A model generated the notes under the pieces. The model was not told the DNA's origin, ran no database searches, and saw only the letters and a program-made list of their open reading frames with translations. A stretch of DNA of 64,000 nt from Parasitella parasitica NRRL 2501 (taxonomy: Eukaryota; Fungi; Mucoromycota): the NCBI GenBank assembly GCA_025201805.1, contig MU619309.1:64657-128656 (forward strand). The letters are read 5' to 3'. Made by a program: the position numbers and the translations under genes. The first letter of the stretch is position 1. Every line of letters begins with the position of its first letter. Shown in pieces: positions 1 through 12,946 of the stretch.

Positions 1-1742
1 TTCGAAGAAGGTGATGAGGTACAGTTATTGCACTAGTAATAGGATGTATACCTGGCTTAGACCGAAAATCCATACCTAAAAATGACCCTGAAGGTTGCCC
101 TTAAGTTGAAAACTGAAAATTGAATATGGGTTCGGTGGAAGGGGGGGGGGGGTCCAAACATAAAAATATTCAGAGGTGAGTGAGACTCAAATATGTTGTA
201 GAATGATGCAAAGAAAGAAGATTTTGGCTGAAGGTTGTGTCTTTATAGCCTATTGGTTTGCAAATATATTAGACATTTTAAATTATGCCTTTAAGCGGGG
301 GAAAAAGATAAAACTTTAGATTGTGTGCGAGTTATTTGATTCAAACATAATGCTTACATAGAAATGGGTTTTAAGATCACATTCTATGACATCTCAGCTA
401 TTGATTTATATCAAGATATTTCCAAGTTGCCTATTGCGATCATACTTTGATCCCCAATTGAAAATCGATGGTGCACCCTATAGCGGTGATGATATAGTAG
501 ACTTAAATAAAACACCGCTGTAATGAAAGACTACCGACCTTGGAGCCATCACCCAAAAACAAAGGTATTCAAGTCAAAAGGATCAAACTTCAAGTTGTGC
601 TCTCAGGTACCGTGTATTTTAAGAAGATTTTATACCTGAAGATAGTGTTGATACGAGCGCAGGTTAATTTTCAGCATTTGAGTTTCTATGCAGTCATCGT
701 AGCTGTTAGTTTTAAAATGCAATTAGGCTTCAATTTGCGAGCACAATCTTAGACTCAAAATAGATACCACTATATTGATATCTTCTCTCGGTTATTTGGC
801 TTGGGACAAGCTAAATTTTAGCGTACATGGGCATTTGCGTCTCTCCTTTTTGATATTCTGCGAGCCTTTGCCTGTCAAACCGATGCTCCCGTCAATTCAA
901 CATTGACATCTTCGTCTAAACCAAAAACCCTCTGTATAGATAACGAAAAAAGAGCGACCTTCAATTTAAGTAATAGGAAGGTTTTAAAATGAATGATCTA
1001 CTACGTTTATAGTAATTTTGGACATTACAAATGTCATGTTCGCTCATCGCAAAGCGAGTGGCAGCCGATGATAGAAAGCGTTTCAACACAGAAAGAGAAG
1101 TAGGTTTATAAATGGGTATTTTATTATAAAAATAAAAACAAAAAAACCATAAGGATAAGGAGACGTAAAAGGATGCATGTGTCAACTAAAATTGACGGAA
1201 TATTAGTAACTAATATTAATTATATAGGTTGGATATTCGATTATTAGATGCATCATCAAGATCAGTTAACAAATTTTTACATCAAGCATTCAGGCAATGT
1301 AGGTAAGAAATATTGTATTCATCACTTTGGTTTGGTGACACATCTGATAACCTTCAGCTTTTGGTACATAATACTTACATTAGACACCATTGGATCCTTC
1401 ATCCATCGGTATATCATATCCATCCATATCGCATGTAGCTCAGATACAGCCATACTTACCAAAATACAATCGAAATGAGATATGAAAAAGTTAAAGGATG
1501 TAAGTAGATGCCCTTGTAAGTTAGTTGGGCTTTTTATACTCGTTTAGTGTGCGGGCATTTAGCTGAACAAAGCAACGCAAAAATTTATCTCGGATAGACC
1601 AATATTCCGGCATGGCTGGCCCGGACGGTGGTGGGAAATAGACGTCTCTTCTGGTAAACTCTTCCATAATGTTGGATAATACGCTGGCCTGATTAAGAAT
1701 CCTTCTCTTCCTCATCGTCTTTTTGTACTAGGTGTATCAAAC

Positions 1743-3144
1743 ATGGTAAGCTGAATGCATCAATCCATCCATAATCGAAGCTAACTATACATCGAATCAT
1801 AGTCTCACAGGTTAGTCTTCGTCATCCTTTGAATTATCGATGCCTTCTAGGGCTCAAATGCGATAGCCTACCATGGAAGAAATTTACGTCAAACTGACAA
1901 CTTACACTTTACTCAATTATACAGAAAATTCGAGGCTCCCCGTCATGGTCATTTGGGTTTCGGCCCCCGTAAGAGAACTAGATCTCACCGTGGTCGTGTC
2001 AAGGCTTATCCTAAGGATGATGCCAAGAAGCCCGTCCATATGACCGCTTTCATGGGTTACAAGGCTGGTATGACCCACATTGTCCGTGATCTTGAACGTC
2101 CTGGCTCCAGTAAGTCTAATTTTATAGCATGTCTGTAAAGCTCCACCAATCTGACATGTCAAACCCAACTTTACAGAGATGCACAAGAAGGAAATTGTCG
2201 AGGCCGTTACTGTCATCGAAGCTCCCGCTATGGTTGTTGTTGGTGTCGTTGGTTACATCGAGACTCCCCGTGGTCTTCGTTCTTTGACCACCGTCTGGGC
2301 CGAGCATCTTTCCGAAGAAGCCAAGCGCCGCTTCTACAAGAACTGGTACCGTTCCAAGAAGAAGGCCTTCACTAAGTATGCTCAAAAGTATGCTGAAGGT
2401 GCCAAGGATGTTACTCGTGAACTTGAGCGTATCAAAAAATACTGTTCCGTAGTCCGTGTCATTGCTCACACCCAAATCTCCAAGGCCAAGCTCCACCAAC
2501 GTAAGGCTCACCTTATGGAAGTCCAATTGAACGGTGGTTCCATCGCTGATAAGGTTGAATGGGCCCGTGAACATTTCGAGAAGGAAGTTACCGTTGGCTC
2601 CATCTTTGAACAAGATGAGATGATCGATATCATTGCCACCACCAAGGGTCATGGTTTCGAGGGTGTTACCGCTCGTTGGGGTACCAAAAAGTTGCCTCGT
2701 AAGACTCATCGTGGTCTCCGTAAGGTTGCTTGTATCGGTGCCTGGCATCCTAGCAGAGTCATGTACTCTGTTGCTCGTGCTGGTCAACGCGGTTACCACC
2801 GTCGTACTGAGATCAACAAGAAAGTCTACCGTATTGCCACTGGCTCTGATGCCAAGTCTGGTACCACTGAATACGATCTTACTGAGAAGCCCATTACCCC
2901 CATGGGTGGTTTCCCTCACTACGGTGTTGTCAATGACGACTTTGTCATGATCAAGGGCTGTTGTGCTGGTTCCAAGAAGCGTGTCATCACTCTCCGCAAG
3001 TCTCTCACTGTACACACCAAGCGCTCCGCTTTGGAAAATGTCTCTATCAAGTTCATCGATACTTCCTCCAAGTTCGGTCACGGTCGTTTCCAAACTGCTG
3101 CCGAAAAGCACCAATTCATGGGCGCACTCAAGAAGGATATTTAA
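1743..3144 (+). CDS. RPL3: 60S ribosomal protein L3 (uL3); exons 1743-1745 (ATG only), 1803-1810 (8-nt micro-exon), 1925-2109, 2177-3144
   Basis: Splicing the GT-AG introns gives [12 protein letters not shown]..., continuing through [22 protein letters not shown] and [11 protein letters not shown]. Codon bias is strong. Confidence 0.98.
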
Positions 3145-3228
3145 GATGGTTTCTAATTTTTATCTTTTACAGATCAAAAATAATCGCATTGTTATTTTTG
3201 GTTTAAAAAAAAGGCAATAAAACTTTAT

Positions 3229-4180
3229 TCATACAAAAGAGACATCGGGTTTCTCGAATTTCACAATGCCTGCATTGAGGTTTTCGCCGCCATATTTTTC
3301 CAATGCTTGCAGTTCACGTCTAATATACTGTACGACCAGTGCCAGATCCGTAGCGTTGTTTGACGATATAGCAAATAAATTTCTCCATAATGCAGCAGCC
3401 AGGACAGGATCATCCTTGCACATGCCCTCATCGTAGGCAACGACACCTCCATGGAATTGTGCTAATAGATCCTTGATGTAGCTGTTGATCACCTTTTGTT
3501 GCGAAATGCCATGTTCTCTGATTCTGACTTCAGCATCCTCAAAGAAACGGTTGACTAATTCTTGGATATATAGTTTGCCCTGCCCCTCAGCTCGAAGATG
3601 GACCATCAGCATCCATACATGCAGCTGAGTCACTGAGAACCATGACTGAAAGTTATCAGGCAGATTACACTCTATGGAAACCGACTGGGTTAGACTATGC
3701 AGCCCCCCTGTCAAACTCGTTTTCGCCTACCTTTGATGTAAAAATCCTTGTTCAGCTCCATTTGCTGAGCACAGGTGCCGTACAGACTATGGCTAGCCTT
3801 GATAGCGGTTGACCCTGTCGAATAATAACCCATTGCCTTTGCTAAGCCCAACACGATCTTCTTTGTGGTTGCCGAGTATTTGGGCGTCTGCTCTTTGGAT
3901 TCTGTGGTATTGATGGGTGATGCGGAGGAATTCCAGCGTGCGTAGATTAAGCTTGTAGATTTCTACGCAAACAATATCAGCCTCCAATGTCCAATACTCG
4001 GTGCGCCATGTACTTACCAAAGCAGCAGACTGTACGGGGTACTTGGACTGAGCTAATGAGGGTCGTTGAATTGCCCATGTCTGGATTTATAAAAATATTT
4101 AATACTTTCTAGAGGCTGTTTGCATGGTCATTTACATGTTTCGTAGCAGCGAAAATGGCTTTTCTGGAAATAACAGACAT
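3229..4180 (-). CDS. CBP3: Cbp3/UQCC1 ubiquinol-cytochrome c chaperone, 4 exons
   Basis: Spliced start MSVISRKAIFAATKH resembles a mitochondrial presequence. The last exon has LPDNFQSWFSVTQLHVWML...AYDEG...DPVLAAALWRNLF, typical of the Ubiq_cyt_C_chap family. Confidence 0.9.
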
Positions 4181-4212
4181 TGCTTATTGCGTCGATAATT
4201 TATTACAAGTAA

Positions 4213-4732
4213 NNNNNNNNNNNNNNNNNNNNNNNNNNNNNNNNNNNNNNNNNNNNNNNNNNNNNNNNNNNNNNNNNNNNNNNNNNNNNNNNNNNNNNNN
4301 NNNNNNNNNNNNNNNNNNNNNNNNNNNNNNNNNNNNNNNNNNNNNNNNNNNNNNNNNNNNNNNNNNNNNNNNNNNNNNNNNNNNNNNNNNNNNNNNNNNN
4401 NNNNNNNNNNNNNNNNNNNNNNNNNNNNNNNNNNNNNNNNNNNNNNNNNNNNNNNNNNNNNNNNNNNNNNNNNNNNNNNNNNNNNNNNNNNNNNNNNNNN
4501 NNNNNNNNNNNNNNNNNNNNNNNNNNNNNNNNNNNNNNNNNNNNNNNNNNNNNNNNNNNNNNNNNNNNNNNNNNNNNNNNNNNNNNNNNNNNNNNNNNNN
4601 NNNNNNNNNNNNNNNNNNNNNNNNNNNNNNNNNNNNNNNNNNNNNNNNNNNNNNNNNNNNNNNNNNNNNNNNNNNNNNNNNNNNNNNNNNNNNNNNNNNN
4701 NNNNNNNNNNNNNNNNNNNNNNNNNNNNNNNN
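4213..4732. other. Assembly gap (N run), probably hiding the 3' exons of the NEM1-like gene
   Basis: 520 N bases. Smaller gaps occur near 12752, 27890, 46185, 48190 and 60330. Confidence 0.99.
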
Positions 4733-4809
4733 AAAAAAAAAAAAAAAAAAAAAGGCCATGCCATGTTCAATATACGCACTCATTGGTTAAACACAACATT
4801 TGCCCTTAC

Positions 4810-5410
4810 TTGTCTAAAGAACCTCTGAGAAATCAGATTATCTTGGTCCAACCAATCTATCACGGGGTCAGCGTATTCTGCCATAGAAGCTGTGTAGATC
4901 ACAACTTTATACCACTGACTAATCTATTTAATCTTGTTTAGTACTGCTCCGTAATGACATCAATACCAGGAACCTTACTGTCTTTAAAAAAAAGTCCACA
5001 TGTGGCCGCTTGTAGACTTGGTATATTAGGTTTTGTTTGTCGCAGTGAACCTCGATGTTTTTGCATATGACTGAGGCATTGACTTTTGTGTGAATAGAGG
5101 CATCAGAACCGAGACGTACCGAGTGAACTAGTGTTTCATCCAAATCAAGTATCAAAGTCTTGTTTTTGTAGTATTGCGAGGCTGCTGTAGTGGGTATATT
5201 TTTGGCTGGTGACGCTGCATTAGTCTTTAGCACTTTGGTCGAGGGCTTCATTATTGAGTATATAAAACGAAATGTAACGGCAAGATAATGGTAGATGTGA
5301 GTGAAGAAGAGTTTGGTATTTCTTTTGCGTATTGAATTGTTTACGTTTGCAGTTGCAGCTGCTGCATTTGTCGTCGGCGTAGACAATGCCGTTGTAAATG
5401 TAGTCGACAT
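4810..5410 (-). CDS. NIF/FCP1-like HAD phosphatase, Nem1/CTDNEP1 (Dullard)-like; partial, runs into gap; exons 5410-4979, 4923-4810
   Basis: KTLILDLDETLVHS catalytic motif and VYKRPHVDFFL. The next exon reads ISQWYKVVIYTASMAEYADPVIDWLD. An N-terminal hydrophobic/amphipathic stretch is present. Confidence 0.85.
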
Positions 5411-5597
5411 TGTTGTGTATAGGATAAAGAAAGAGAAGAAGAAGAAAGGGAGAATGCTGAAATATCGACTTTTAGGAACAACTAGTAACTCTATTGTAAA
5501 AGCGAGTCATCCTTTTTTTTTTGACTCTCTGTAGACATTTTGGTATTTTGCCGCGCTCGTTTAGCATATAACCCCATCCTTTTTTCTTATCACCTCA

Positions 5598-6714
5598 ATG
5601 CTTTTTCCAAGTTTATTTATATCAAAAGACCGTAAAATAGACTTTGAATTAACGATTCTGATTCAAGATCTTACCAATGTACCTCTAGTCAGTGGGCTAT
5701 ACTATGTCAAATGGAAGCTAAAAAATGCTGCCCACACAAGCGGCTCAACAGCAAGGTATACATGTCTGAAATTGCCACTTTTTAGTGACTAAATTTCCCT
5801 CCAAGAGCTCCTATTAGAGACCATTGCATATTTTGGGGCCACCCTATAAGCACAATGGCACAGTTGATCGTATCAAAACAAAAGGTTCTAGGATCCTGTG
5901 AATTCCGCTTGGAAGTGTACCAAGAATTAGGTGGCAGCAGAGACACCATCCCAATTGGAAGCCTCACAATCAATTTATCCGAATACGCAAGTTCAGGACT
6001 GACAACAAGAAGATACCTACTGGATAAATGTAAATTCAACTCAACGATCAAGGTAAAGAATCCAAAATGTGTCTTTTTAATGTTGTTGTCTGACATGAGC
6101 AATTTCTATACCGTAGCTATCAATAAAAGTAGACAAAAAATCGCATTCCTCGACAGAATTCGAAATGTAAATGAGAAAACTTGTCAGTTGATTTATGCAT
6201 ATTAATATAATTGTCTAGCCCACCATTGAAAAAACAACAAATATTTACAGATATACCGTCCATGATCACTGAAAGACAAGAAAGATCAGCTGTGTTTGAT
6301 GAGCGATCACTTCGTAAGGAGTAAATCATTGCCATACGAACAATTTTTTAAATGGCTTCATTATTAATTAGATTCGGCACATATGAGTGCTAGTAGCTAC
6401 AACATTAGTGGGAGCAGTAATGGTAATACCAACAATAATGAAGCCGCTTTTCGCCCTCAAACACCTATTCTGAGGAAATCTCAGTCTGCTATATCTTTGG
6501 TATGTGTGAGCCCAAGAAACTTGGTTATGACTAACTCGTTTTTATTCAGCCTCAATATTGCCGGCAAGTTACACCCTTCAGCAATACAGATGACCCCTCA
6601 CCCACAGATTTAGTGGAGCAATTATTCAAACCAAAACCAGCTACAAACTCAAAATTAGCTATTCAAGTAGGTAGTGGTAATGGCGGATCTAGTCCTAGTT
6701 CGTCTCCACGATAG
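5598..6714 (+). CDS. N-terminal C2 (NT-C2, EEIG1/EHBP1-type) domain protein, 6 exons
   Basis: FELTILIQDLTNVPLVSGLYYVKWKLK ... IGSLTINLSEYA...RRYLLDKCKFNSTIK. Five GT-AG introns restore one frame ending at TAG 6712-6714. Confidence 0.8.
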
Positions 6715-7717
6715 TATATAGAATCGAACAACAATAAAGCATAAATATATATAGCTCAACTGATCCCCACATCACATTAGTTTCTTTTTCCGTCAAATTC
6801 ACTTTTCCACAATATGTATAACATCTGACAATTACCAAGCTAATACCTAATGGGGTTTTAAATCTTTAAATTTTGCATTTCAATATATAGTAGGCGACCA
6901 AAGAGAAATGTGTTGCTCTACTAAAAATCTAAAATTTGCACAAATAATGCCCAAAATGGCAACTATACATCAATTTTGACCACCAAAAAGTGCATTCTTG
7001 GGCCAAGTTTGAGAAATTGTCCTTTGCATACTCTCACCCATTTTTATGGATGCTATCCACCAAGCAATTCTGAAAATAAAATCAACTGTACAGTTTTTTT
7101 TGTAATGCAAAGACTGATCCTTACCAAGCATAACTTGTTTGACAATACCATACTCACATCTTCAACTGTCCACACTGTGCCCTATCTTCATTTGAAAAGT
7201 GCGGACACTTATTCGCAGCATCTAAGCACCTGCAAATATCTTCAGCAGGTGTGTTCGCAAACCTCGTAAAGCTCACTCAAAATTAAATAAACCTAATTGG
7301 TAATGCAGCTATAAAATCAGAGCCACACGAAATAAGTCTCTCTAAAAATTAGACTTTGTATACACTTATCTTACTATAGTAAGTTGCTTATTATTATGTT
7401 TGCTCATGCCTAGCGTTACAGTAAATATACTGTATCCGCATAAAGCATGGCCTAGCTCAATCGCAATCATCAAATGAAACTTATCTTGTGCGATTGACAT
7501 CCATTATTTACTTTGAATAATACCACTCGTCTCACCAATATGTTCTAGTAAATAAAAGTATCTCCATTTCCTAACCCCCCCAAAACAAATCGACATATGC
7601 ACACAAAGGCAACGATGCGATGAGAAAACGGCCCAAAGTTTATTTTCTTCCAACAGGAAAAAAAAACAATCGAAAAAATAGGACTGAATGACCAAATCTG
7701 ATCTAGCAATATGGGAT

Positions 7718-8406
7718 TTAAGCAGAGGCAGCAACTTGCTTCTTGGCTTGAGAACCTGTAGATTTATAAATGTCAACATATATATATATATAATAACGTA
7801 CTGCATAAAAAGACATACCCTCACGGAAACCGTTCTTGAAACGACGTTGGACCTCCTTCAAGTGAGCCATGCGGCCTGTACCGGTGGTCTTTCTACGTTG
7901 ACCCTTTTCGGACCAGTTGACTTTATGATTGAATTTATAAGTAAACAAAATTCTAAATTGACTATAAAGACAACTTACAGGATCTGATCTTAGCGGCGGG
8001 GTAGCCACATTGAGCACAGGTGTGCTTTTGTTTGTGGAAAGAACGGTTACCGCAACGTCTGCAGAGAGTGTGGGTCTTGGTATGACGCTTACCGAAGGAA
8101 CTGGTACCCTTGGACTATTTCACAGCGAAGGTTAATTTATGCTAAACATTGGTATGCTCAATCTAAATCTAATCCATTACGATAAGCTGTCAAATCCATC
8201 ATACATTATACGAATATGTATTGAATGGGCCCACACACAATGAAAAGAAAAAAAAAATCGCATCTTCAATCGTTTCGGATGTATGTGAATGCCGTATCCA
8301 TCCATTCCATCTCAACTGACAGGTATTCGACTTTGATAATGTATGATGGATGTATTTGATTGCTGTATGGATTGATGAGATTGATGTTTTTTTTTTACGT
8401 TACCAT
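7718..8406 (-). CDS. RPL37: 60S ribosomal protein L37 (eL37); ATG-only first exon, 289-nt intron 1
   Basis: Spliced product [63 protein letters not shown], with a zinc-finger CxxC...CxxC. Confidence 0.97.
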
Positions 8407-8708
8407 GGTGATTAATTAGACCGTGTTTAGAAGGAAGGTTTGACTATAGGGTGGGCCAGCAACTCCAGTTGAACCCCTTCCTCGAGAAATCCCGAGTACT
8501 TCCCCCAAGCCACCCTTTTTTTTTCTCCTATATGCCAATGCATAATGAGTGCAAATGAGAGATCGCCATTGCGGTCTAGGAAAGCTCAACCATAGGCGAC
8601 ATGTATACCAAATGGCATGGAAATCACGAATATCTCGAGAAAAAGAGTGATTGCCCACCATGGTTTAGTGTATCTGCAATCAATACAATATTTTTATCAA
8701 AGTTCTGA

Positions 8709-8746
8709 TGTGTGTGTGTGTGTGCGTGTGCGTGTGTGTGTGTGTG
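8709..8746. repeat. (TG)n microsatellite in the RPL37/importin-9 divergent promoter
   Basis: Nearly pure TG run with two CG interruptions. Confidence 0.9.
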
Positions 8747-8873
8747 AGCAATAGATACCCAAAATTGGTTTTCGTGTATATGTTTGTACGCGATGTTTGA
8801 ATATTTTCGTACTTTTTCGACTCTCGAGAATTAAAATCTTTTTCTTTCTTTAAAACAACCAAAAAATAAATAA

Positions 8874-11800
8874 ATGGATAACGCTGTATTTGAGGCCCTT
8901 TTAGGTGTCGCAGATAGCGATGGTACTATTCGTGTAGCTGCCGAGAACAAACTCAAAGAGCTGGCAGTTCAACCTGGTAAGATGTCTTTGTCTGTTAATG
9001 CATATCATTCAACTGACACCCCTTAAACAAACACATTACGGTTCAGAATTCCCCATCAGTCTTGCAAAGCTTACTGTCTCTCAACAACATATGATTTCTC
9101 AACGTCAAATATCCTTTTTTTTTTTTTTTTTTTAATACTTGAAATGCGACTAACTGCTATACTGATCTGTATTTCCTTAACCGATACTTGTTTACTTGGC
9201 AGCAGTTACTCTCAAATCATTTGTCACAACCCATTGGTCCAGCAAAAACGACGATAAATTTATCGGCCCTGAAGCTTCTCCAGAGGTAAATCAAGCAAAA
9301 AGCAGGGAATGATTGTCAGGGTTTATGAAACTTACCGCTCAGCGCAGAGCAAATCTGCAGTCCGTGAAATCATCATTACAGGTCTCACAGATCCAGAATC
9401 CAAAATCAGAATTGTAAGTGCGTATGTTGTCTCCAAGATTGCTCATGATGATTTCCCTGAAGATTGGCCCAATTTGTTTGACATTTTGCTGAGCTATCTT
9501 ATGGCTGATAACAGCGACAGTGTTCACGGAGCCATGCATGTATTGTTAGAGATGGTCAAGAACGACATCAGCATCCAGCAACTCCCCCAAATCGGTCCTG
9601 TATTGATCCCCGAAATGTATCGCATCCTGACATCTGACAACGTCTATTCTTTCAGCACTCGTGGAAGAGCTGTCAACATTTTCACCAGCTGCGTAAAGAT
9701 GATATCCACGCTGCGCGAAGAGAATCCTAATTTGGCCGATAAATTCATCGCTCCCATCATTCCTCAATGGATTGAGGCTTTTATACACGTCTTGAAGCAC
9801 CATGTGGAAGGCGACGCTGAAAAGGCTACTGAAGAGTACGGGCTCAAGATGAAGGTTGTGAAATGCATCTGCACTATCTCGGTGGAATTCCCCAAGTACG
9901 TTTCAGCTAATTTACCTCAAATTTTTGAACCTATTTGGATGGATCTGTACAACTTGCGCGAGCGGTACGCTCAGGAGTTTGTCAGTGAGGATGGAGATAT
10001 TGGAGAAACATATCAAGATTCTGACGGAAATGAGGTTGGCTTCCAAAACCTGTTGTATGTGCTTTTTGAATTTGTTGGTACTGCATGCACCAAGAAGACC
10101 GTGAGGGACTTGTTCGTCAATGCTGAGCACGCTGCCACTGGTTTCTTTGAACAGCTCTTGTACGTCCTGATCATTTATATGCAGATCACGCATGAGCAGA
10201 TTGAGGCATGGTCCTCAGACGCCAATCAGTTTGTTGCTGACGAGGAAGATGGCACATTTACGTTCAATTCCCGTGTGGCTTCCATCGACGTGCTCATAAA
10301 CTTGCAAGATGCTTTTCCTGCTCCTTTCTTCAACGCTCTATCTGCTGCCACTCAGCGTCATATCACTGAATCAAAGCAGGCCCACCAAGCTGGCAGCAAT
10401 GATTGGTGGAAGATCCAGGAAGCCTGTTTGCTGTCCATAGGTCGTCTCTCTGTAGAGTTGACGGAAGCACTGAGCGACGAATCCAAAAGTGTCCAGTTTG
10501 ACCTCAAGAGTCTGTTTGACCATGTTGTCTTGGAGGATATGCAGGCGGCTGATTTACCTTTCTTGCAGGGCCGCGCCTTTGTATTTGCATCAGAATTTGC
10601 CAAAATCCTACCCAGCGACATGGCCAGCCAGTACGTATCTGTTGCAGTTCAGGCACTTCAGTCACCTGTGAGTGGCATTCCTGTCAAGATATCTGCTCTA
10701 AGAGCTTTGGACAACTACTGTAAATACTTGAATGCCGAGTTTGTGACACCCTATCAGGTCAATATCATGGTGGGCACCTGTCAACTCATGTCTTCTGCGA
10801 CAGAAGAATCATTGATGCTGTTGTTGGATACTTTGGCTTCCGCAATCAAGATCAATCAAGAAGTAACTGCCAAATACGAACACATCCTCACACCGGCCAT
10901 CCTGCAAATCTGGCAAAATTATGCGGACGACTCGATTATAACTAGCTATATCCTCGATTTGTTTGAAGAGTTTGCAAAGAATGAATTCTACTACAGTTCT
11001 CTTTGCACTAAGGCGCTTCCTTTTATTAGTCAAGTATTGTCTACCCCTGATACTGATCCTGTCGTGTTGGCGGTAAGTTTGAATTGTCTTTCCCCCCCCC
11101 CCTTCTCCACCCTCCCCCCTCCCCACCCCATACCAGTTCAACCAGTTACTCATTCTCTCTGCGTAGTCTGCCATTGATTTGTTAACTGCTATGATCTCTT
11201 TCAGCCCTTCTCCTCTTCCTGATGAATTTACCGAGCAAATGTTCCCCAGTTTAATGCAACTTGCTTGGAATGTGCCGGTCATTGATTTGCTCCAGAGCGC
11301 TCAAGAATGCTTGAAACAGTTTATCAGCAAAGACGTGGACCATATTATGAGATGGCATGACCAGCAGGGCAAGACTGGTTTAGATTATGTTATCCACTTT
11401 ATTGCAAAGTTGCTGGAGCCCACTGGCACTGATTCTGACGCTCTCTTTGTTGGTGATCTGATCATTACTCTTATCCAAAAAGCCGGCAGCGGGATTGCAC
11501 CCGTCCTGCCCAACTTGTTAACTGCAGTGCTCAGCCGCTTGCTAAATACTAGCCACCAGCCTTTCATCCAATCTCTTGTCATGGTTTTTGCTCATTTGGT
11601 CATTTCTCAGCAAGATACCGTTTTCCAGTTCCTCTGCGACACTAACATCAATGGCAAGAGTGGTTTGGAAATCCTTATGACTACATGGTGCGAGAATTAT
11701 GACAGTTTCTCGGGCTATTACACTATCAAAGTCAGGTAAGTTGCTGTTGAATGATTCTTTGCGTGCAACACCAACACGCTCTCCAATCTAGCACGATTGC

Positions 11801-12475
11801 GCTGTCAAAGATCTTCCTCCTCTCCAGTGATCCACGACTCCAGACCATTACAGTCAATGGCGAGATTGTTGTTAACCCTAATGCTGGCATTGTGACACGT
11901 TCGAGATCAAAGAGAAGTCAGTTTCCAGTGATTTGTTTTGTTGGTTCTATCAGTCAACTAATATGCTCAATTAGATCCTGATCAGTACACCACCATCTCT
12001 TTGCCAGCCAAAATAATCAAGCTTTTGGTTTCTGATGCTACTAATGCTTACATCAGCGAGCAAGCTCCTGCAGAAGACGCCGAATCTGTTGAAGATGAAG
12101 TGAGTTGTGCTGGCAAGGACGCAAAACCAGCAACTAACAGTATACTAGGGAGGTGATTGGGAAGATGTGGATGATGGGCCGTTTGCTTCTCACAATGACA
12201 TAAACCTTTTATCTGGTAAATATAAGTCCCTTGATCCTCAAGCAAGCCGCTAACAGTATTCTGCGATAGAAATGTTGGGCAACATTGAAGACAATGACGA
12301 CGAAGAAAACAGCCCAGACCTGAAGAATGACCCCATTTACCAGACTGACATCAAGGCTTATTTATCAGACTTTTTCCGTAACTGTCAAGCACACAATGTC
12401 AACAACTTCCACGAGATATGCCAAACACAACTAAACCAAGAAGAAAAGTTGACATTAGATTATGTGCTTCGCTAA
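8874..12475 (+). CDS. IPO9: Importin-9 / Kap114-like karyopherin-beta, about 9 exons
   Basis: IBN_N motif RVAAENKL...RQ|LAAVTLKSFVTTHW, IAHDDFPEDWPNL, WWKIQEACLL, PFLQGRAFVFAS, and a C-terminal DLKNDPIYQTDIKAYL. Confidence 0.9.
9109..9195 (+). other. U12-type (minor spliceosome) AT-AC intron
   Basis: 5' splice site ATATCCTTT, branch site TTCCTTAAC at 9173-9181, 3' splice site TAC at 9193-9195. Removal joins ...SQRQ to LAAVTLK in frame. Confidence 0.93.
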
Positions 12476-12946
12476 CAACCACAATAAACAAGGCATTATC
12501 CCGCGCGGATCTCGAGCGTGGAACATTTTAATACATTCTTTTTCTTTCCTTCTTTACTGCACTTTACAGCCATGTTTTCTTATGATGATATGTATGTCAA
12601 AATCATCAGCAGATGTTTGTCTTTGCTATTATCATTTGCATCATTTGTGCCTGACTATAAGAATTTTGTTGAAAGGCTAATTCAGGGATTGATGGTTGTC
12701 ATGGCAGCGTGTTTTATTTTGATATTTATAGTCACTTTTTTTTTTTTTTTTNNNNNNNNNNNNNNNNNNNNNNNNNNNNNNNNNNNNNNNNNNNNNNNNN
12801 NNNNNNNNNNNNNNNNNNNNNATTAACTCTTGTAGCCTTTGTTCCAAAGCGATCTCCTTCCTCTCATTCTAGTGTATTTATCTAATCATAATATATATCC
12901 ACAAGGAAGGATCGATATTCAATGAGGTATTAAAGAGAATGATGAC

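Noticed and set aside
400-930. Minus-strand fragments (KKERRKCPCTLKF) reminiscent of a MULE/FAR1 domain
   Set aside because: Too short and interrupted by stops to support a transposase pseudogene call.
2122-3114. Long antisense ORFs opposite RPL3 (also opposite HSP90, the nucleoporin and ACAD)
   Set aside because: They are the expected shadow of strong codon bias or low complexity and show no recognisable domains.
4132-4790. ORFs of about 200 aa spanning the N gap
   Set aside because: They are artefacts of translating Ns.
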